Made by a program: the position numbers and the translations under genes
The notes under the pieces: generated by a model
What the model was told of the DNA's origin: nothing
Seen by the model: the letters and a program-made list of their open reading frames with translations, nothing else
Databases searched by the model: none
Assembly: GCA_964016885.1 (NCBI GenBank)
Contig: CAXHJY010000159.1
Coordinates: 124,001-188,000 of the forward strand
Direction: 5' to 3'
Origin: Eledone cirrhosa
Lineage: Eukaryota
DNA length: 64,000 bases
Part shown: positions 49,899 through 64,000 of the stretch, piece by piece
Numbering within the stretch: the stretch's first letter is position 1
Layout: each line of letters begins with the position of its first letter

Positions 49899-51059
49899 CT
49901 AAAAATTCAAGCAGAAATACTTTCAAATAATATCAAATACATCATCATCATTATCATAAACATCATCATCATCATTATCATAAACATCATTACCAATTTT
50001 GTTTTGCATTTTCACTAAAATCCTACGTTAGTTGAGCCTGCGTGATACCATCTTCTATTACTTAAGATTAACATATATCAGGATATCATGCAGTCTAAAT
50101 AAAATTGAACCTTTGTCAAATTAAACTGAAGCAAGGAGAGTTATATGCCTTCCTGCAGGATACAACATAGCTGCAATTATTTTATCTAATGACATGTTAG
50201 GTTAACTGTCCAACACTTAATCATACAGTGTCAATGCTATTATTGGAGACACAGCATGGTGAATGGTTAAGAAGTCTGGTTCCAGGTTCAATTCCATTGT
50301 GTGACCTTTTCAGAGTATGGCATTTACCACAGCCTTGAGTCAACCCAAGCCTTATGGGTGACACTGAGTGGGCCAAAACTGTTTAGAAGCCTGTCAGATA
50401 GACTGTACTTGTAATTCAAAGTGCCAGTCTTCTCACAATGCATCCCTCTAAATCATCATCAACATCACAGTTTAGCGTCCATTTTTCCATGCTTGCATGG
50501 GTTAGATGGGTCATCCACATCGAGAGACAAGTCTGACCAGAATTGACCATACAGTACCTAGCTCCAACAGGACTGTAAATTTGGAAGGGAATTTTACAGC
50601 TGGATGCCCTTCCTAATGCCAACCACATTCACAGTGTGGTACTCAATAAGAATCACATGAAAGGTACAGTTGTCTGTAGAATGATCAGCAACTTGCATGT
50701 TAATTTCAGGAGGCTGTTCCATTGATCAAACAAGTGGAACACTCATCCCTATTGCTGTATGTATTCAATATAAGTCACCCCCACTCCTATTTTATGTCTG
50801 AAAAATAGGCGAAAATCCAAACCCTGTTTATAAACCAAGGCAACTAATCAACACATTGTTTAGATGATTTATATATGCTAACCTCTCATTTTACCATTGA
50901 TTTTTTGGTCACATATTCTTCGGCTTACATTCAAGTATATAATACGGTATATCATTATCATAGTTTAAATTTATTTCCACCTTTTTTTTTATTCCACACC
51001 ATCTCCATAATAGTGCATTTATTTTATTATTAATTTATCACCCCTGTTGTTAACAAAGA

Positions 51060-51436
51060 ATTTCTTTCTCAGAGTAAAGGATAGATTGTATGATGCTTGT
51101 GTACAAAGTGCATGGCATACTCCACTGTATGTGTAATGTTAATGTACATGAACAATAGAGTACAAATGAGTTGATAGAAAAACTGGTTATATGAGAAATC
51201 AGATGTGTGCAAGAGGAAATACTGTGCTTGGACAAGCATGTGATACCTATGGAGGATGTCAATTGTATAAAAAGAAAGTGTTGAGCACTCAACTTAGATG
51301 GAATCTGTAGAAGAGGGATACCTAGAAAGACAGGGGATAAAGTGATGATGACCAATCTCAAAATGCTGAACCTCATGAAGGAAATGACAAAGGTTTGTGA
51401 TAATTGGTAACATGTAGTGCTGGAGAAGAACCCCTC

Positions 51437-51440
<4 letters not shown>
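51060..51440 (+). mobile_element. Degenerate RTE 3' fragment
   Basis: Decayed match to 54925-55350. Confidence 0.6.
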
Positions 51441-51468
<28 letters not shown>

Positions 51469-53561
51469 CACACACACACACATACACATACACTCATGCA
51501 AGCATGTGATGCATTATATATCTACATTTAGGTTTTCCTCCACCATCACCTTTCATCATTTTACTTCTCTTCCATCATGATATGTAATGAGGGATGATAT
51601 CAGACCTGATTGTACTCAATACCTTCTTTACTGTGAGCCAACATCTTCTCTCCTCCATGTCATTCTTCACCAATTTCTCTTACCTTCAACTATTTCTATT
51701 GCAATCCTTGACTATTTTTTACCATCACTCATATTTATTGCTATCCTTTAACCCTTCACTCTCTTCTCACATCATTCCTTCTCCTAACAATTTTTATTGA
51801 CAGAAATTACTCAAATCTTGTGGATACACACCATTCTTCCCTCTTTTCATTACTCCTCCTTTCACCACTCTGAATCTACCCAACATTATGTCTACTTTTA
51901 CCACCCTCTCTCACCAGCATATAACTGTCTATTACTTCCATTGCTCTTCTCCCTACCACCTTCTTGCTCCTATTACTCTGTCGTCTCTCCAATCACACTT
52001 ATACTCTATCTTCTATTCACCTATCACAATGACATCCTCTCTTCTATTCATCTTGGTTGCATTTACCATAAACAAATGGAGACAATATCGAGGAGTTGCA
52101 CTCTTTAGTTGGGCAGGGGACAAGGCAACACCTTTAGTGCTGGTGCCATAATAAAATGCACCCAGTATACTTTGTAACATGATTGCCAAACGAACAGAGA
52201 TAACATAGAATAGAGAAAACTTTTTAGTGTTATCAAGGACATGACAAACTCTCTAATGTTGATGCCTCAATAGAATATACCTTGTACAGTCTGTAAAGTA
52301 GTTGATGTTAGGAAAAGCATTCAGCCTTAGAAACCAAGCAAGACATGGTCTTCTGACCAGTCTAGAGAAGCAATAAATGTGAATAAGAACTGACTTGAAC
52401 ATGACAACCCATCCAATGCAGGCCAGCTTAGAAAATAGACATAAAATGATGATGATAATAATATTGATTATTTTGCTTTGGATGTTAAAGCCAGTATCTA
52501 AAAATACTGTAAATCACTGATAGCTTTCATCTGATTGTTCTTTTGTTCCTTTTTTTATCTATCAAAGTGAAATTGAAGAAAAACTCAACTTCAAAACTTT
52601 TACATCTTTAATTAAATGTATGAACATCACCATCATCGTTATTTTATGTCCACTTTCCATGTTGGCATACATGGGCTGGGTTGTCACGGTCTGAGTCAGT
52701 TCATATTTGAAGTTACTGCTGTCCTAAAAAGAGAACATTCTTCCTAACACCAACTAGATTACTAAGTGTACTGGGTATATTTTATCATAGCACCAGTACT
52801 AGAAAGCTTGTTATGTCCTCAATGGGGTTACGGGTTCTTTAGATTATGTTATCTTTACTAATTTGCCAACCATTTACAGTATGCTGAATTCATTTTATTG
52901 TATTGTGGCATAAGCACTTATTTGAAGGTAACTAAGAAGGTGACTAGAAAAGAGAGAAATGAGAAAATAGTTATGGTTCATGGAAGAAGGAAGTGAGAGT
53001 GTGATGGGAGTAATTAAAGAAAGACAGTGCAGTGGGGAGCAATGTGAAAGAGAGAAAGTAGCAACAAGAAATGGAGGAATGGGAAGTGGTAATAGTAGAG
53101 ATTAAGGGAAGTAAGACATTGATGACAGCTACATACTTGCTAGTAAGAGAGAACAGGTGATAGATAGTAATAAAGATGGGCAAATACAAGAAAGAGTGAT
53201 GGGTATCAATATCTAGTAGTCTGGAGGAAGAGGGAGTGGTGACAGGCAACACAGAGAAGATGATGGTAAAGTGTATTAGGTACAAACAGATTTGATACAA
53301 TCCCCCATATGTAGATAAGAGTAGCATGGTGCAATGAACAGGAGTGTGTGTGTGTTAGACAGATGACAAGATCAAACAAATTTAATAACATCTCTAGTTA
53401 TATAGACAGCAAAGTACAGTAAGTATGAGAAAGTGTGAGAGATAAAAAAAAATGAGAGGGTGGAAGGAGCATTTGGATTTTGAGCAAGAAACCAAAATAT
53501 AAATATATTATACTTCCCAGGTTCCATTACTACCACCATGTTAACATTTGTTTTGCCATGA

Positions 53562-55384
53562 TTGTATGGTGATAAATGTGTCCGGGATGATGCCGGTGTA
53601 CTTAGTGTCACGAATGACCAGAAAAAGGAGGCCTGGAAATGTCATTATGAGAGACTGATGAATGTGGAGAACGAATGGGAGAGAGAGAAATTACTCTTGG
53701 TAGATCCGGCAGAGGGACCAGCTATTGAGATTGACGAATATAGGGTCCAAGAGGCGATTAGGGAAATGAAAAATGGTAAGGCGGCCGGACCATCGGGAAT
53801 AGTTGCTGAGATGCTGAAGGCATCAGGGGACATAGGCACTAAACTGGTTGCACGCATCATCAATCAGGCTATATATGGTGGTGTCATACCCAAAGACTGG
53901 TGCAGCAGTATTCTCATAAATTGCTACAAAGGTAAAGGGGATGCTTTGGAGAGGAGCAATTATAGGGGTATAAAACTGATAGATCAGGTTATGAAAGTGG
54001 CAGAAAGGATTTTAGCACAACTAATTAGAGAAAGGGTCAAACTAGATGAGATGCAGTTTGGTTTTGTGCCTGGGAAGAGTACAACAGATGCCCTCTTCTT
54101 GGTGAGACAAATGCAAGAGAGGTTCTTAGAGAAGAATAAGCCACTATACTTAGCCTTTGTTGACCTAGAGAAGGCCTTTGATAGGGTACCCCGATCTGTC
54201 ATCTGGTGGTCCCTAAGGAAGCTAGGTGTTGAGGAATGGCTTGTGAGGACAGTGCAAACTTTGTACAGAGGTACTCTCAGTAAAGTCAGGGTAGGAATGG
54301 AGTTTAGTGAGGAATTCCAGATACAAGTAGGAGTACATCAGGGTTCGGTCCTCAGCCCGCTCTTGTTCATTATAGTCCTCCAAGCCATAACAGAGGAGTT
54401 TAAGACTGGCTGTCCATGGGAACTTCTCTATGCTGACGATCTGGCTCTTATAGCAGAATCAGTAGAGGAGCTAGAGAATAAATTCCGGCTATGGAAACAG
54501 CAGTTGGAAGCAAGAGGACTGAGAGTAAATCTAGCTAAGACAAAAGTGTTGATGAGTAGAAAAGAGGACAAAACCCTGATTCCGTCAGGGAAATGGCCAT
54601 GTTCGATATGCAGAAAAGGAACTGGCATAAATTCTATAAAATGCACACAATGCAGGTCCTGGGTACACAAGAGATGTAGCGGGATAGCAGGCAAACTAAC
54701 AGGTAGGGAGAAATATGTATGCAGTAGATGTACAGGGAAATTAGACAGTAGAAGTCGCACTGATAGACACATTTTTCAAATGCGAGAGGGCGCTATAGAA
54801 GTGGTGGATAGCTTCCGGTACCTGGGAGATCAGATTAGCATGGGAGGAGGGTGTTCCGAGGCCATAGTATCTAGAATAAGGACGGGTTGGAAGAAGTTTA
54901 GGGAGCTGCTTCCTCTGTTGACGAAGAAGGCCGGTTGTATGATGCCTGTGTGAGGAGCGCGATGCTGCATGGTAGTGAGACATGGGCAGCAACCGCAGAG
55001 GATATGCGACGTCTGGAGAGAAATGAGGCAAGCATGCTCCGTTGGATGTGCAGTGTAAATGTGCGTGAACGACCCAGCATAAATGTGTTGAGAGAGAAAC
55101 TGTGTCTGAGAGGGATAGAATGTAGTGTACGGGAGAGGAGACTGAGGTGGTATGGACATGTGATGCGCATGGAGGATGACCGATGGGTGAAGAAGTGCCA
55201 GGAAATGCCAGTTGAAGGAAGACGTGGTAGAGGTAGACCACGAAAAACATGGGCAGAGGTGGTGAGAACAGACCTCAGATCATTGAAGCTCACGGTGGAG
55301 ATGACGAGGGACCGTGACGAGTGGAGAGATGCTGTGCTGAATAAGACCCGTCCCACCCTTGCAAGCAGGGAAAAGCGGACGTAA
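53562..55384 (+). pseudogene. RTE reverse transcriptase with an embedded PHD finger, one frameshift near 54929
   Basis: ORFs 53562-54953 and 54935-55384. CSIC..CTQC..H..C..CSRC lies at about 54600-54732. Confidence 0.85.
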
Positions 55385-55405
55385 AATGATGATGATGATG
55401 ATGAT
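53562..55405 (+). mobile_element. Young 5'-truncated RTE-clade LINE with a (TGA)n tail
   Basis: Long RT ORF (FVDLEKAFDRV, GVHQGS, LYADDL) continuing in a second frame to GRRGRGRPRKTW. It ends in (TGA)n. Confidence 0.93.
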
Positions 55406-56189
55406 GTATGAGTAGCTGGATCTTCTCTCGCACTGTACTCTGCTAGTCATGGCAATATTTTGTCATCATCTTCATAAAGTTCCCACCACCTCATCACATG
55501 TCATCCTATGTCTCCCTCTTACTCAGATTCCCCCCACTTTGAGTCCTCCATTTGCATCATATTCTCATACCAGCAGAAGGCGTCTCTCTTGTACACTACA
55601 TCTAATTCCTTTTATATCCAGTTTTTCTCTGATCTCATTTGTGCTTAGTGATTTATCTATATTTAGAGGAGCATTCTTTCTAGTTTTCACATATCATCTG
55701 TATTTAAGGACCATGCCTTGCTACAGTGCAGCATTTCAGGAAATATTCAAGCATCATGCAATGTGCCTTTATTCTGAGATAACAGCTCCCTGAACTTTTC
55801 CAAACTGGTCTTATTTTGCCTACAATGCTTTTGAATCCCTACCTTCTAGATCACAAAAGCTATCAATTACTTCTGGAGAGCCTTTTGGGGATTTGAAAGA
55901 ATCTATTTCAGGGATGCTTTTACTGCTTAATTCTTATGTGCATCAGATGCATACAAAGTCTATCTTTTCCATTAGCTTGCCCATGGTCCCACTACACCTT
56001 GTATGTTCATGTTCTATACTTGGTAAATCATATCAAATTTCTAACTACTTCTTTTCTGTATATAATTTTATAATTTAACATGTCATGAGTAATTGTAACA
56101 AATTTTGACATAAAGAGACATATAAATTAAATAGAATTTGTTAATAAAAATATATATTGATTAAAACATATATTAAAACATATACTAAC

Positions 56190-56261
56190 TGAAAATTCCT
56201 TTTCTAAAACATCTTTGACAGATTCCTTTTTGTAATTAATTGGTCGATCACATCCAATAGA
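56190..56261 (-). CDS. PTGR3: PTGR3/ZADH2-like exon (SIGCDRPINYKKESVKDVLEKEFS); upstream exons probably lie beyond the window
   Basis: Acceptor cttttcttttcAG and donor GTtagt, 72 nt. GCDRPINYK motif. Confidence 0.92.
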
Positions 56262-56739
56262 CTGAAAAGAAAAGTAACAAAGAAATAAATGTTTCTGTTA
56301 TACAAATATAAAATGTCAAGAATTATATGGAATGAAAGCAACATTTATACAAAGAAAAAATTAAAATAATACATACTTCTGTATTGAAAATACAATCCTG
56401 AAATCAAAATAAATTGCTTGTGCAATCAGCTTCACACAAAAAAAAATTTTTTTTTTTTAAATTAATGGCAAATCTATGATTTTCTAGTTTGAAAATAAAC
56501 TAAAAAAAAAACATCTTTTTATTTTTCAATTATTTAAAGAATTCAATAAAAAGAATTTTGAAAATTAAAAACTGAGAAATATGGTGGGTGTTCAGAAATT
56601 GGGTGATGTCATTAAGATTAAATATCTAAGAATCACCCAGAAATACTTTCCACAAGAAAAGATGTTGAGAAAATTCAAATAAAATAAAATTTTCAATACT
56701 CCTTTATTTCAATATATCTTTTCTATTTTAAAATCAATC

Positions 56740-58480
56740 TTCATCCCCATCATTATTTTTATGTCTATCCTTCCATGCTTGCATAGGTTAGATATGTCTA
56801 CTCCAGCACAGTGTTTCACCACTTGTCTCAGTCATACAGCAACTCTTTCATGAGATTCAGAGTCCAGAAATCTACTTTGACCACTTTTTCCCAAGTCTTT
56901 CATAGTCCTCTTTTGCAGATTTCTTCCATTTTGATCATTTAGTTCTTTACTCACCTCTCATTTGCCATAAGCATTACATGTAGTCTCCTCTCTTGCACAT
57001 AAGATTTCTCTTTTACACAATTTTTTTCCAGTTCATTTGTACTTCTATGTTCATGCGCACTAACACGACATATCCAGCTTAGTATACTTGCCTCTTTTCT
57101 TTCTAACTTTTGCATATATTTCACATTTAGTGCCCATATTTCACAACCATGCAACATTGCACTTCATACACAAGTGTTATATATTTTCTCATCACTTGGA
57201 GAGAGAATACCTTTGTTGCCAGAAGCAGTTATGGCTGCCTAAACTTCTTTATGCCTTGTTCTTACAAGCTATTATGCTTCAGTAGCAGCTACCTTCACTG
57301 TTAATTAAGTCATCTAAATAAGGGTCATCTAAATATTGACTATTTTTATAGGGCCTACTGAACATTTGAAAGAATTTATTTCACTGGTGCTTTTATCTAC
57401 ATATCAAATCTTTTTTTTTTTCTTTGTCAGCCTGCCTGTGATCCTACTACACCTCTTTTGTAGCCATAGTTTACATTGTGTACACCATATGGAATTCCTA
57501 TTTCCTACTTTTTCTATGTATTAACCATTTAAAATTTACATTACTCTATATATACTATCATATTTTCATGGTAAATGCTTTATCTCACATAATTATCTCA
57601 CTTAATATCTAATCTGTGAGATTTTGATATTATATATTTTGAGAATAATACATTAACATCAGTATGAGTGGTCAGTTATGGCTGGTTTGAACAGAAAGAG
57701 GTGAGAGAATTCTGACCGGATACGGCTGATTTAAATGCTAAAGAGTTATGCCTAACCACTTCTCAAATGGCAGTACACAATTATGTTCTTTCCTGCTAAC
57801 TAAAATGTTTGTCTTTGTAAGATTTAATTTGTGGCCTCTTAAATCTAGTCTTTGCTTCTATATTTGAGAGATTCAGCTGTGAGAACTAGATCATTGTTTA
57901 TTATAGCTGCATGGAGAACTGTAATAAACAAGAGAGAACTGAGAACCAAGCCCTGATAGACATCCACCAAGCATCTTCCTATTTGGTGATAGTGAATATA
58001 AATAAACCACTTTTTTTCCAACATCTTGATTTTCACTGACTCACTGCTTTTAATCCAGAAACAGATCTTCATATCACAAAATGTTGTCAAGCCACTTTTT
58101 TCAGTTTCTTTCTGAGCTATGTATACCACATGCTTTGCTTCTCTTCTAACTACTTATATTCTTCCTTGCTGCCCACTTTTTCCAATCTTTTTATGGCTCT
58201 ATTTTCTGTCTAACTGTTACTTTGTACCAGCAAAGGTTTTTATATGTGTCTTACAACAGGTTTACTCATAGAAGCTCCCAGTTGCTCTTTATTTCCTCCT
58301 CCTCCTCATCTTTGTCAAAGTGACACCTCAAAACTCTCAGGATCTATGTATAGCAGAAGGATCTTTCAGTTTCCATACCTACCTTTACCATATTGGTTTT
58401 TGTCTCAAAGCTCTTCCTTTAAAGTCATTAATTACTAGTCTATGTTGAATGGTACATTTTTCACCAGAGAAAGGCTTGTA
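56740..58480 (-). mobile_element. Old RTE LINE remnant interrupted by a MITE-1 copy
   Basis: MLHGCEIW..ERKEASILSWIC and QGLVLSSLLFI motifs. An RTE-type tail lies near 56750. Confidence 0.7.
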
Positions 58481-59074
58481 TTCACAACTATCTGCCTATC
58501 ATAATTTCTGATGATTATAAGTCTATCTGGTAATGTTTGTTAATGTCCCACATTAACAATATGCTCCACAGTTCAATTTGATGTGTGAAAACCAGTAAAT
58601 TACTGAAAAACAAGTAAAGGTTGGCTTCAGGAAGAGTCTTTGACCATAGAAACCATGCCAAAGTGCTAAAAAAACCTCTACAATTGTATCAAAAACATGA
58701 CAACTTACTTAGTGATAAAATACACCTAATACACACTGCAAAGTGATTGGTGCAAAAACGAGTATCCAGCTGTAGAAATCATGCAAAACTTGAATGTCTA
58801 TAAGTGAAACCTGACACAGAGAGGACAGTAGCTCCGATTAAGTACTGACTTGGTCTGTGACACTTATCCAACCTTGCCACCATGGAAGAATGGATGTTAA
58901 GCACCCAGCACACACTGTATATGTGATTGGCATTAGGAAGGGCATCCAGCCATAGAAATCTAGCCAGAAACAGTCTTATATGAGCAAGACATGGTCATCT
59001 GACCCAACTTGCCTCTAATGGGACAAACTCGTCTCACCCATGCTAGTATGGAAAATAGACGTTAAATATATATA

Positions 59075-59144
<70 letters not shown>

Positions 59145-62100
59145 TGTGTTCTCTTTTCTATAAAAACAGAAATTTATTGAAACCCATATTAAAATTTATC
59201 TGAACATTTAATTTCCATTTTCTATTCTGGTCTTTAAAAGAATAGGACTTCCCAAGATACGTATTATAGAAAGTTATAACCTTTATAAACAAGGCAGTTG
59301 TAACATTTCCATATCAGCCATATATAATGCATTTGAAGTGAATACATTTTATATATCAGTCACAGTAGATAATTATGATGAAATGATTAATTTATTATAT
59401 AGACTTTAACAAATGAGAGCTGTGGGATTATGTCAAGAAATATATTGAAGGTGATATAATTTGCCAATGTAAAAACTATGACATGCTATAAATCCTAAAT
59501 TCATGAGAATAGCATTCAATTAATTATTTTTTCATAACATATCATTCATCTAAAATATTATACTATTTTCCTTGCCTGGGGCTCTCAATTTTCCATGGAA
59601 TGATAGGGATGCCATCATAACATACAGCACATCTTCAAAACCTAGCATCTAAACCTGAAAGAACCCATCCCCTTCCAGGTCTAACCATCCAATTTCTTCC
59701 AGAAAGAGAGAGAAAATACAGCAAGAAATAAAAGGAAAATCAACCCTAGCACTGAACTGGTACTTATGTATTGAACCGAAAAGGATAAAAGATAAAGCTA
59801 ACTTCAGCTGGAATAGAACTTAGAGTGCAAAGACCTAGAATATATACTACAAGGAATTATATTCTATATTCTAATGTCTCTGCCAATTTACTGCCTAAAA
59901 GGATATGGTAACAATCCAAAGTAGATAATATATAGATAATTGGTTCTCTTAGTAGGCTGAAGGTATTGATGCATTGTTAATTTGTTTGAAGTGTCACTGC
60001 CAATCCTGTACACCATACAGAACTGCTAGTCAAGACTGAAATGCTTGAGGATACACTGATGTTATACTTGAAAAATTAAATAATTTGCATTATGTAGATA
60101 AGTTGAACACAATAAATCATAGTTACAATAATGTGTATCCCAGTTTCTAGAGTAGGCACACTGTAGCCTTGTATGTTGTAGGAGACAACTAAAAAAGTTG
60201 GCGTCAGGAAGTTCATCCAGTTATAAAACATTGTCTTCCAAACCCATGTGAGCATAGAAAAGTGGCCATAAAAAATAATGATGATGATGATGATGATGAT
60301 GAGGGTAATGATGATGACAGTGATGATGATGATCATATTACACCTAGGTTTTAAGAATTTGTTAATAACATTTCATGGCATGATGTGTATATCTTATGAT
60401 AACAAAATTGAATTTGATTATTCATCTATGTTAGAGGCATAACAAAGGAGGTACAAAGAGATGCCGTTATGAAGAGGTGCAAAATTTCCTTTGGCCAGTT
60501 AGTGGTGTAAAAAGACTTTTGCTCTGAAAACTTGAGAACCCTTCCTATACCACTGATATGTGTATCATGGCGGTAGAAAAGGAAATGTGGTAGTGTTCAA
60601 ATCAAGACAGAAAATGGAGAAAAACAGAACGTTAATAAGTGGTGTTAGTGGGAGTTGAGAACATTCTAAAATGCCTCGTTACATGACCTGCTAGAAATAG
60701 CAGTCACAATTAAGTGTAATATTGTTTCTACTTTTGGCACAAGGCCAGCAATCACCCAGTACTAATATTAAACTCTTGTTGTTCTTTCTCCTTCACTCTC
60801 TCTATAATTTTCTTTCTTTCATCACCCCCCCCTCTCTCTCTCTTTCTCTCTCTCTCCCACTCAAATTGTTCCATGCATCTCTCCTTGTATCCTGTTTGTG
60901 ACTCATTCTCTCTTATTCTCTCTATCTTTCTATCTATCTATTTCTATTGCTCTCTCTCTCTCTCTATTTCTCAAACTTTTACACTCATCTTTTCCTACAT
61001 TCCTGCTTGAGATTCATTCTCCCGTAATGTATCACTCTCCCATCTTTTTTTGTCTCCTATATCACTCTTATATGTAAACAATTATATGTAAACTACTCAA
61101 TATTTAACCCTTTAGCATTTACATTAATCTATATTTACTATTATATTTTCATGGTAAATTCTTTACCTTACATAATATCGAGTCTATGAGATTTTGATAT
61201 TATTTATTTTGAGAACAATACATTAACATCAATATGAGCAGCCAGTTATAGCTGGTTTGAACAGAAATAGGTCAGAGAAATCTGGCCAGATACGGCCGGT
61301 TTTAATGCTAAAGGGTTAAGATGTAACTATCTGGAAACAACCAAATCTTTCCAATTCTGCGCAGGCAACAACATTTTACTGAGTAAAACGTTATTTGCAG
61401 CTTTGATGACAATATCAGTTTCTCTACCCTTTGCAAAGAGTCCATCTAAAGTGTACATTGAAGGTAAAGTACATTATTAATTCATTGAAAAATAAACAAC
61501 AAAATCAGACTTGATACCAAACTGCCCCTGGTTCTACAATACTAATTTAGTTATTTAAAAGTGTTTTTATTCATCTTGAAACCTTCCATCATAATTTTAT
61601 GTAAGAAACTGTGTTAAGCTATGCTCTAAATACCATTTAGATAATATAACTTACGAAATCCTTTGAGATTCTTAATTATTTTCAAAATTATTTGAAAAAC
61701 ATAGATAATGTCTTCATTACAAATATGGTAGTGAAAGGATTAAAAGCAGTCATGGAAGATGGTAATTGTTTGTTTTGAGCCTTATCACTCTTGCTTAATA
61801 ACAATATCAAACACCATACTCTTTGTGAAGATGTTAAAGGGTACATGTGAAACAACTGGGGAAATTTTTGTTTTTTATTCATAAGAGCATACATAATACA
61901 GGAGTATCAAACATACATGAGTAGAAATGAAGTAATGTTGAATTGGTGACCATTAATGAATAGTACAATATGGCACTTCAGGTTCATTGCAAAGATGGTG
62001 CTGAAATTAATGTTCCTTTGTTCAATATATGCAGTTGAGTGCTGCTTCTATAAAGGAACATAGCTGTATTATATAGTAGTCAAACTGACAACAGCCACTG

Positions 62101-64000
62101 CAATGTTCTCTTTCCCATAATCAATCAAGAGCATGACAGAAATAAGAAGCAAAAGAAATATTGTAAAAGAGAGAAAAGTAATGATACTTCAAGAAATTAC
62201 AGAATGTAGTAGTAAGAAAATATCTGAAGAAAGTGAATGAGATAGAAAAATATAGCTGCAAAAAAATTGAGCATATGGGAGGAAGAAGAGAGAATGTAAA
62301 TGTGATGAAATACGATTGCAGAAAATGAGAGGAAATTATAGAAATACAAAAGCACAAGAAAATGAAAAATACAAAAAAAAATAAGATAAAAATAAAAATA
62401 GAGCACTACAGAGTGAAAAAAAAAAGATTTTTAAAAATAAACAGAATCTTGCAGAAAAATTCTGCAGAAAAAGTATGAACAAATGCAATGGCAAGATATT
62501 GCATTTAATTATGATCCTAATCATAATTATGCATCTGAAAAAATTGTATCCCCAGGCTCTATGTGCAAAACATGACAAGTGTTGTGCTAGAAAGTGGGAC
62601 AAGGAATCATTAGGTATGGATAGTTCTAATAATAAGGTTCATTTGCCTCTAAATGAGCAATGTATGGTATGCCTCTCTTGTAGACACCACTCCGAAATAA
62701 AAAACAAGGACACTGAGCACCTTACTGCTGTAATGGGGTAGTGCTAATGCCATGTCAAAAACACCCAGACCACTCTGCAAGGGGGTAATGCTGGTGCCAT
62801 GAGGAAAAGCACCCAGTCTACTCTGTAAGGTTGCAGTGCCAGAGTCACTATAAAATGCTCCCGGTACACACTATAAAGTAGTTAGTGATAGGAAGGGTAT
62901 TCAACCATAGACACTATGCTCCCAGTATAGGCTGTAAAGCTGTTGGCATTAGGAAGGGCATCCAGCTATAGACACCAAACCAAAACAAAGTGTATTAGCA
63001 GGACCTCATTACCAGACCAATCAGGCCTCAGCGCGCAAGAATTGTCTAACCCAAACAAGCATGGAAATGATGAGGATGATCATCATCATCACCATCATCG
63101 TTTAACATCCATTTTTCCATGCTAGCATGGGTTAAACGGGTTTTCCCGTTTGAAGCAAGTTAGGCAGGTGACTGTGTCTTGCTCACACAGAACTGTTTCT
63201 GGCTTGGTTTCTACAGCTGGATGCCTTTAGTGATGATGATGATAATACATATATGCACATACAACTGAAGAAACTATACAGCATGGATTATAAATATATA
63301 TGTTCACAGAGTTTAATAAACATATATTGAGTCGTGCAATGAAAGTAAGCCCCTTTATTAAATCACGGGGTTATCAGCATCATGGAATTAAGAGCAAACT
63401 GACAAGTTTTGTCTTTCATTAAAGGTTCATCAGGGATTGTTTATAAAATGCCAAAAGAAAGTAGCATAAAGCTACTTATTAAAATGTAAAGAATATTATG
63501 CCAAGCATAACAAAATTTGTATTAATGATACATGATTCATCAAATATTTTCAACTGAAAAATTATTTTCTAAGAACTTAATAGAGAATTTCAATTACATC
63601 AATGATTTTGTTTCTATTGAAGTTTTCAAAAGTGGATCTGACATTTTGGACTCTATAATGATAATTACTGAAATACTGAAATAATGATTTTGGATGTTGT
63701 AAAAAATTGTCATTTATAATCATAGATATCATTGAGAAAAGAGCCATTACTGAGTAATTAGATAAATGTATATATATACACATTGTGCAGTAGAGAAGAG
63801 CAACATAAAGATGGCAGGCTGTAAACACATAGGTTTAGAAATAATTCACTTAACTATAAAATCAATAAACATAACTGGAGATCAACCAGCTAGTGATCAA
63901 AAGAAAATGCTGACTAATCTATATGGAATCATAGATTGGATTGTAATAAAAGCAAAACACTAAAAGGACAAGTTTTAAAGAGTTGTCCTCTCATAGTTTC

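Noticed and set aside
56262-64000. Next upstream PTGR3-like exon (AAGGTGQFA..GTCSS region)
   Set aside because: Not found by eye. It probably lies beyond the window.

Overview
AT-rich, microsatellite-laden animal genomic DNA. The repeat landscape suggests an octopus/cephalopod, which is an inference. The only host gene I can support is the 3' half of a PTGR3/ZADH2-like NADP-dependent oxidoreductase on the minus strand. Five short GT-AG exons (56261-56190, 49898-49837, 31023-30930, 23314-23147, 22061-22002) splice in phase, and the ORF track mostly misses them. The rest is mobile DNA: two Tx1/L1-clade LINEs (one full length with an intact ORF1 and a broken ORF2), CR1-group and RTE LINEs (one young RTE carries a PHD finger in its RT region), at least two tRNA-derived SINE families, 11 copies of a TTAA-flanked piggyBac-type MITE plus a second MITE family, decayed Tigger/pogo and probable piggyBac transposases, a 49 x 24-bp satellite and a 10 x 41-bp CRE-bearing minisatellite. 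The most interesting signal is a set of short elements embedded in (TA)n runs that carry hammerhead-ribozyme cores. One is complete with a branched domain II, one is minimal, and others are truncated with covarying stems. Several fold back as palindromes at or near the ribozyme core, consistent with Penelope-like/retrozyme activity targeted to (TA)n. Repeat boundaries are approximate. No database searches or folding calculations were run.
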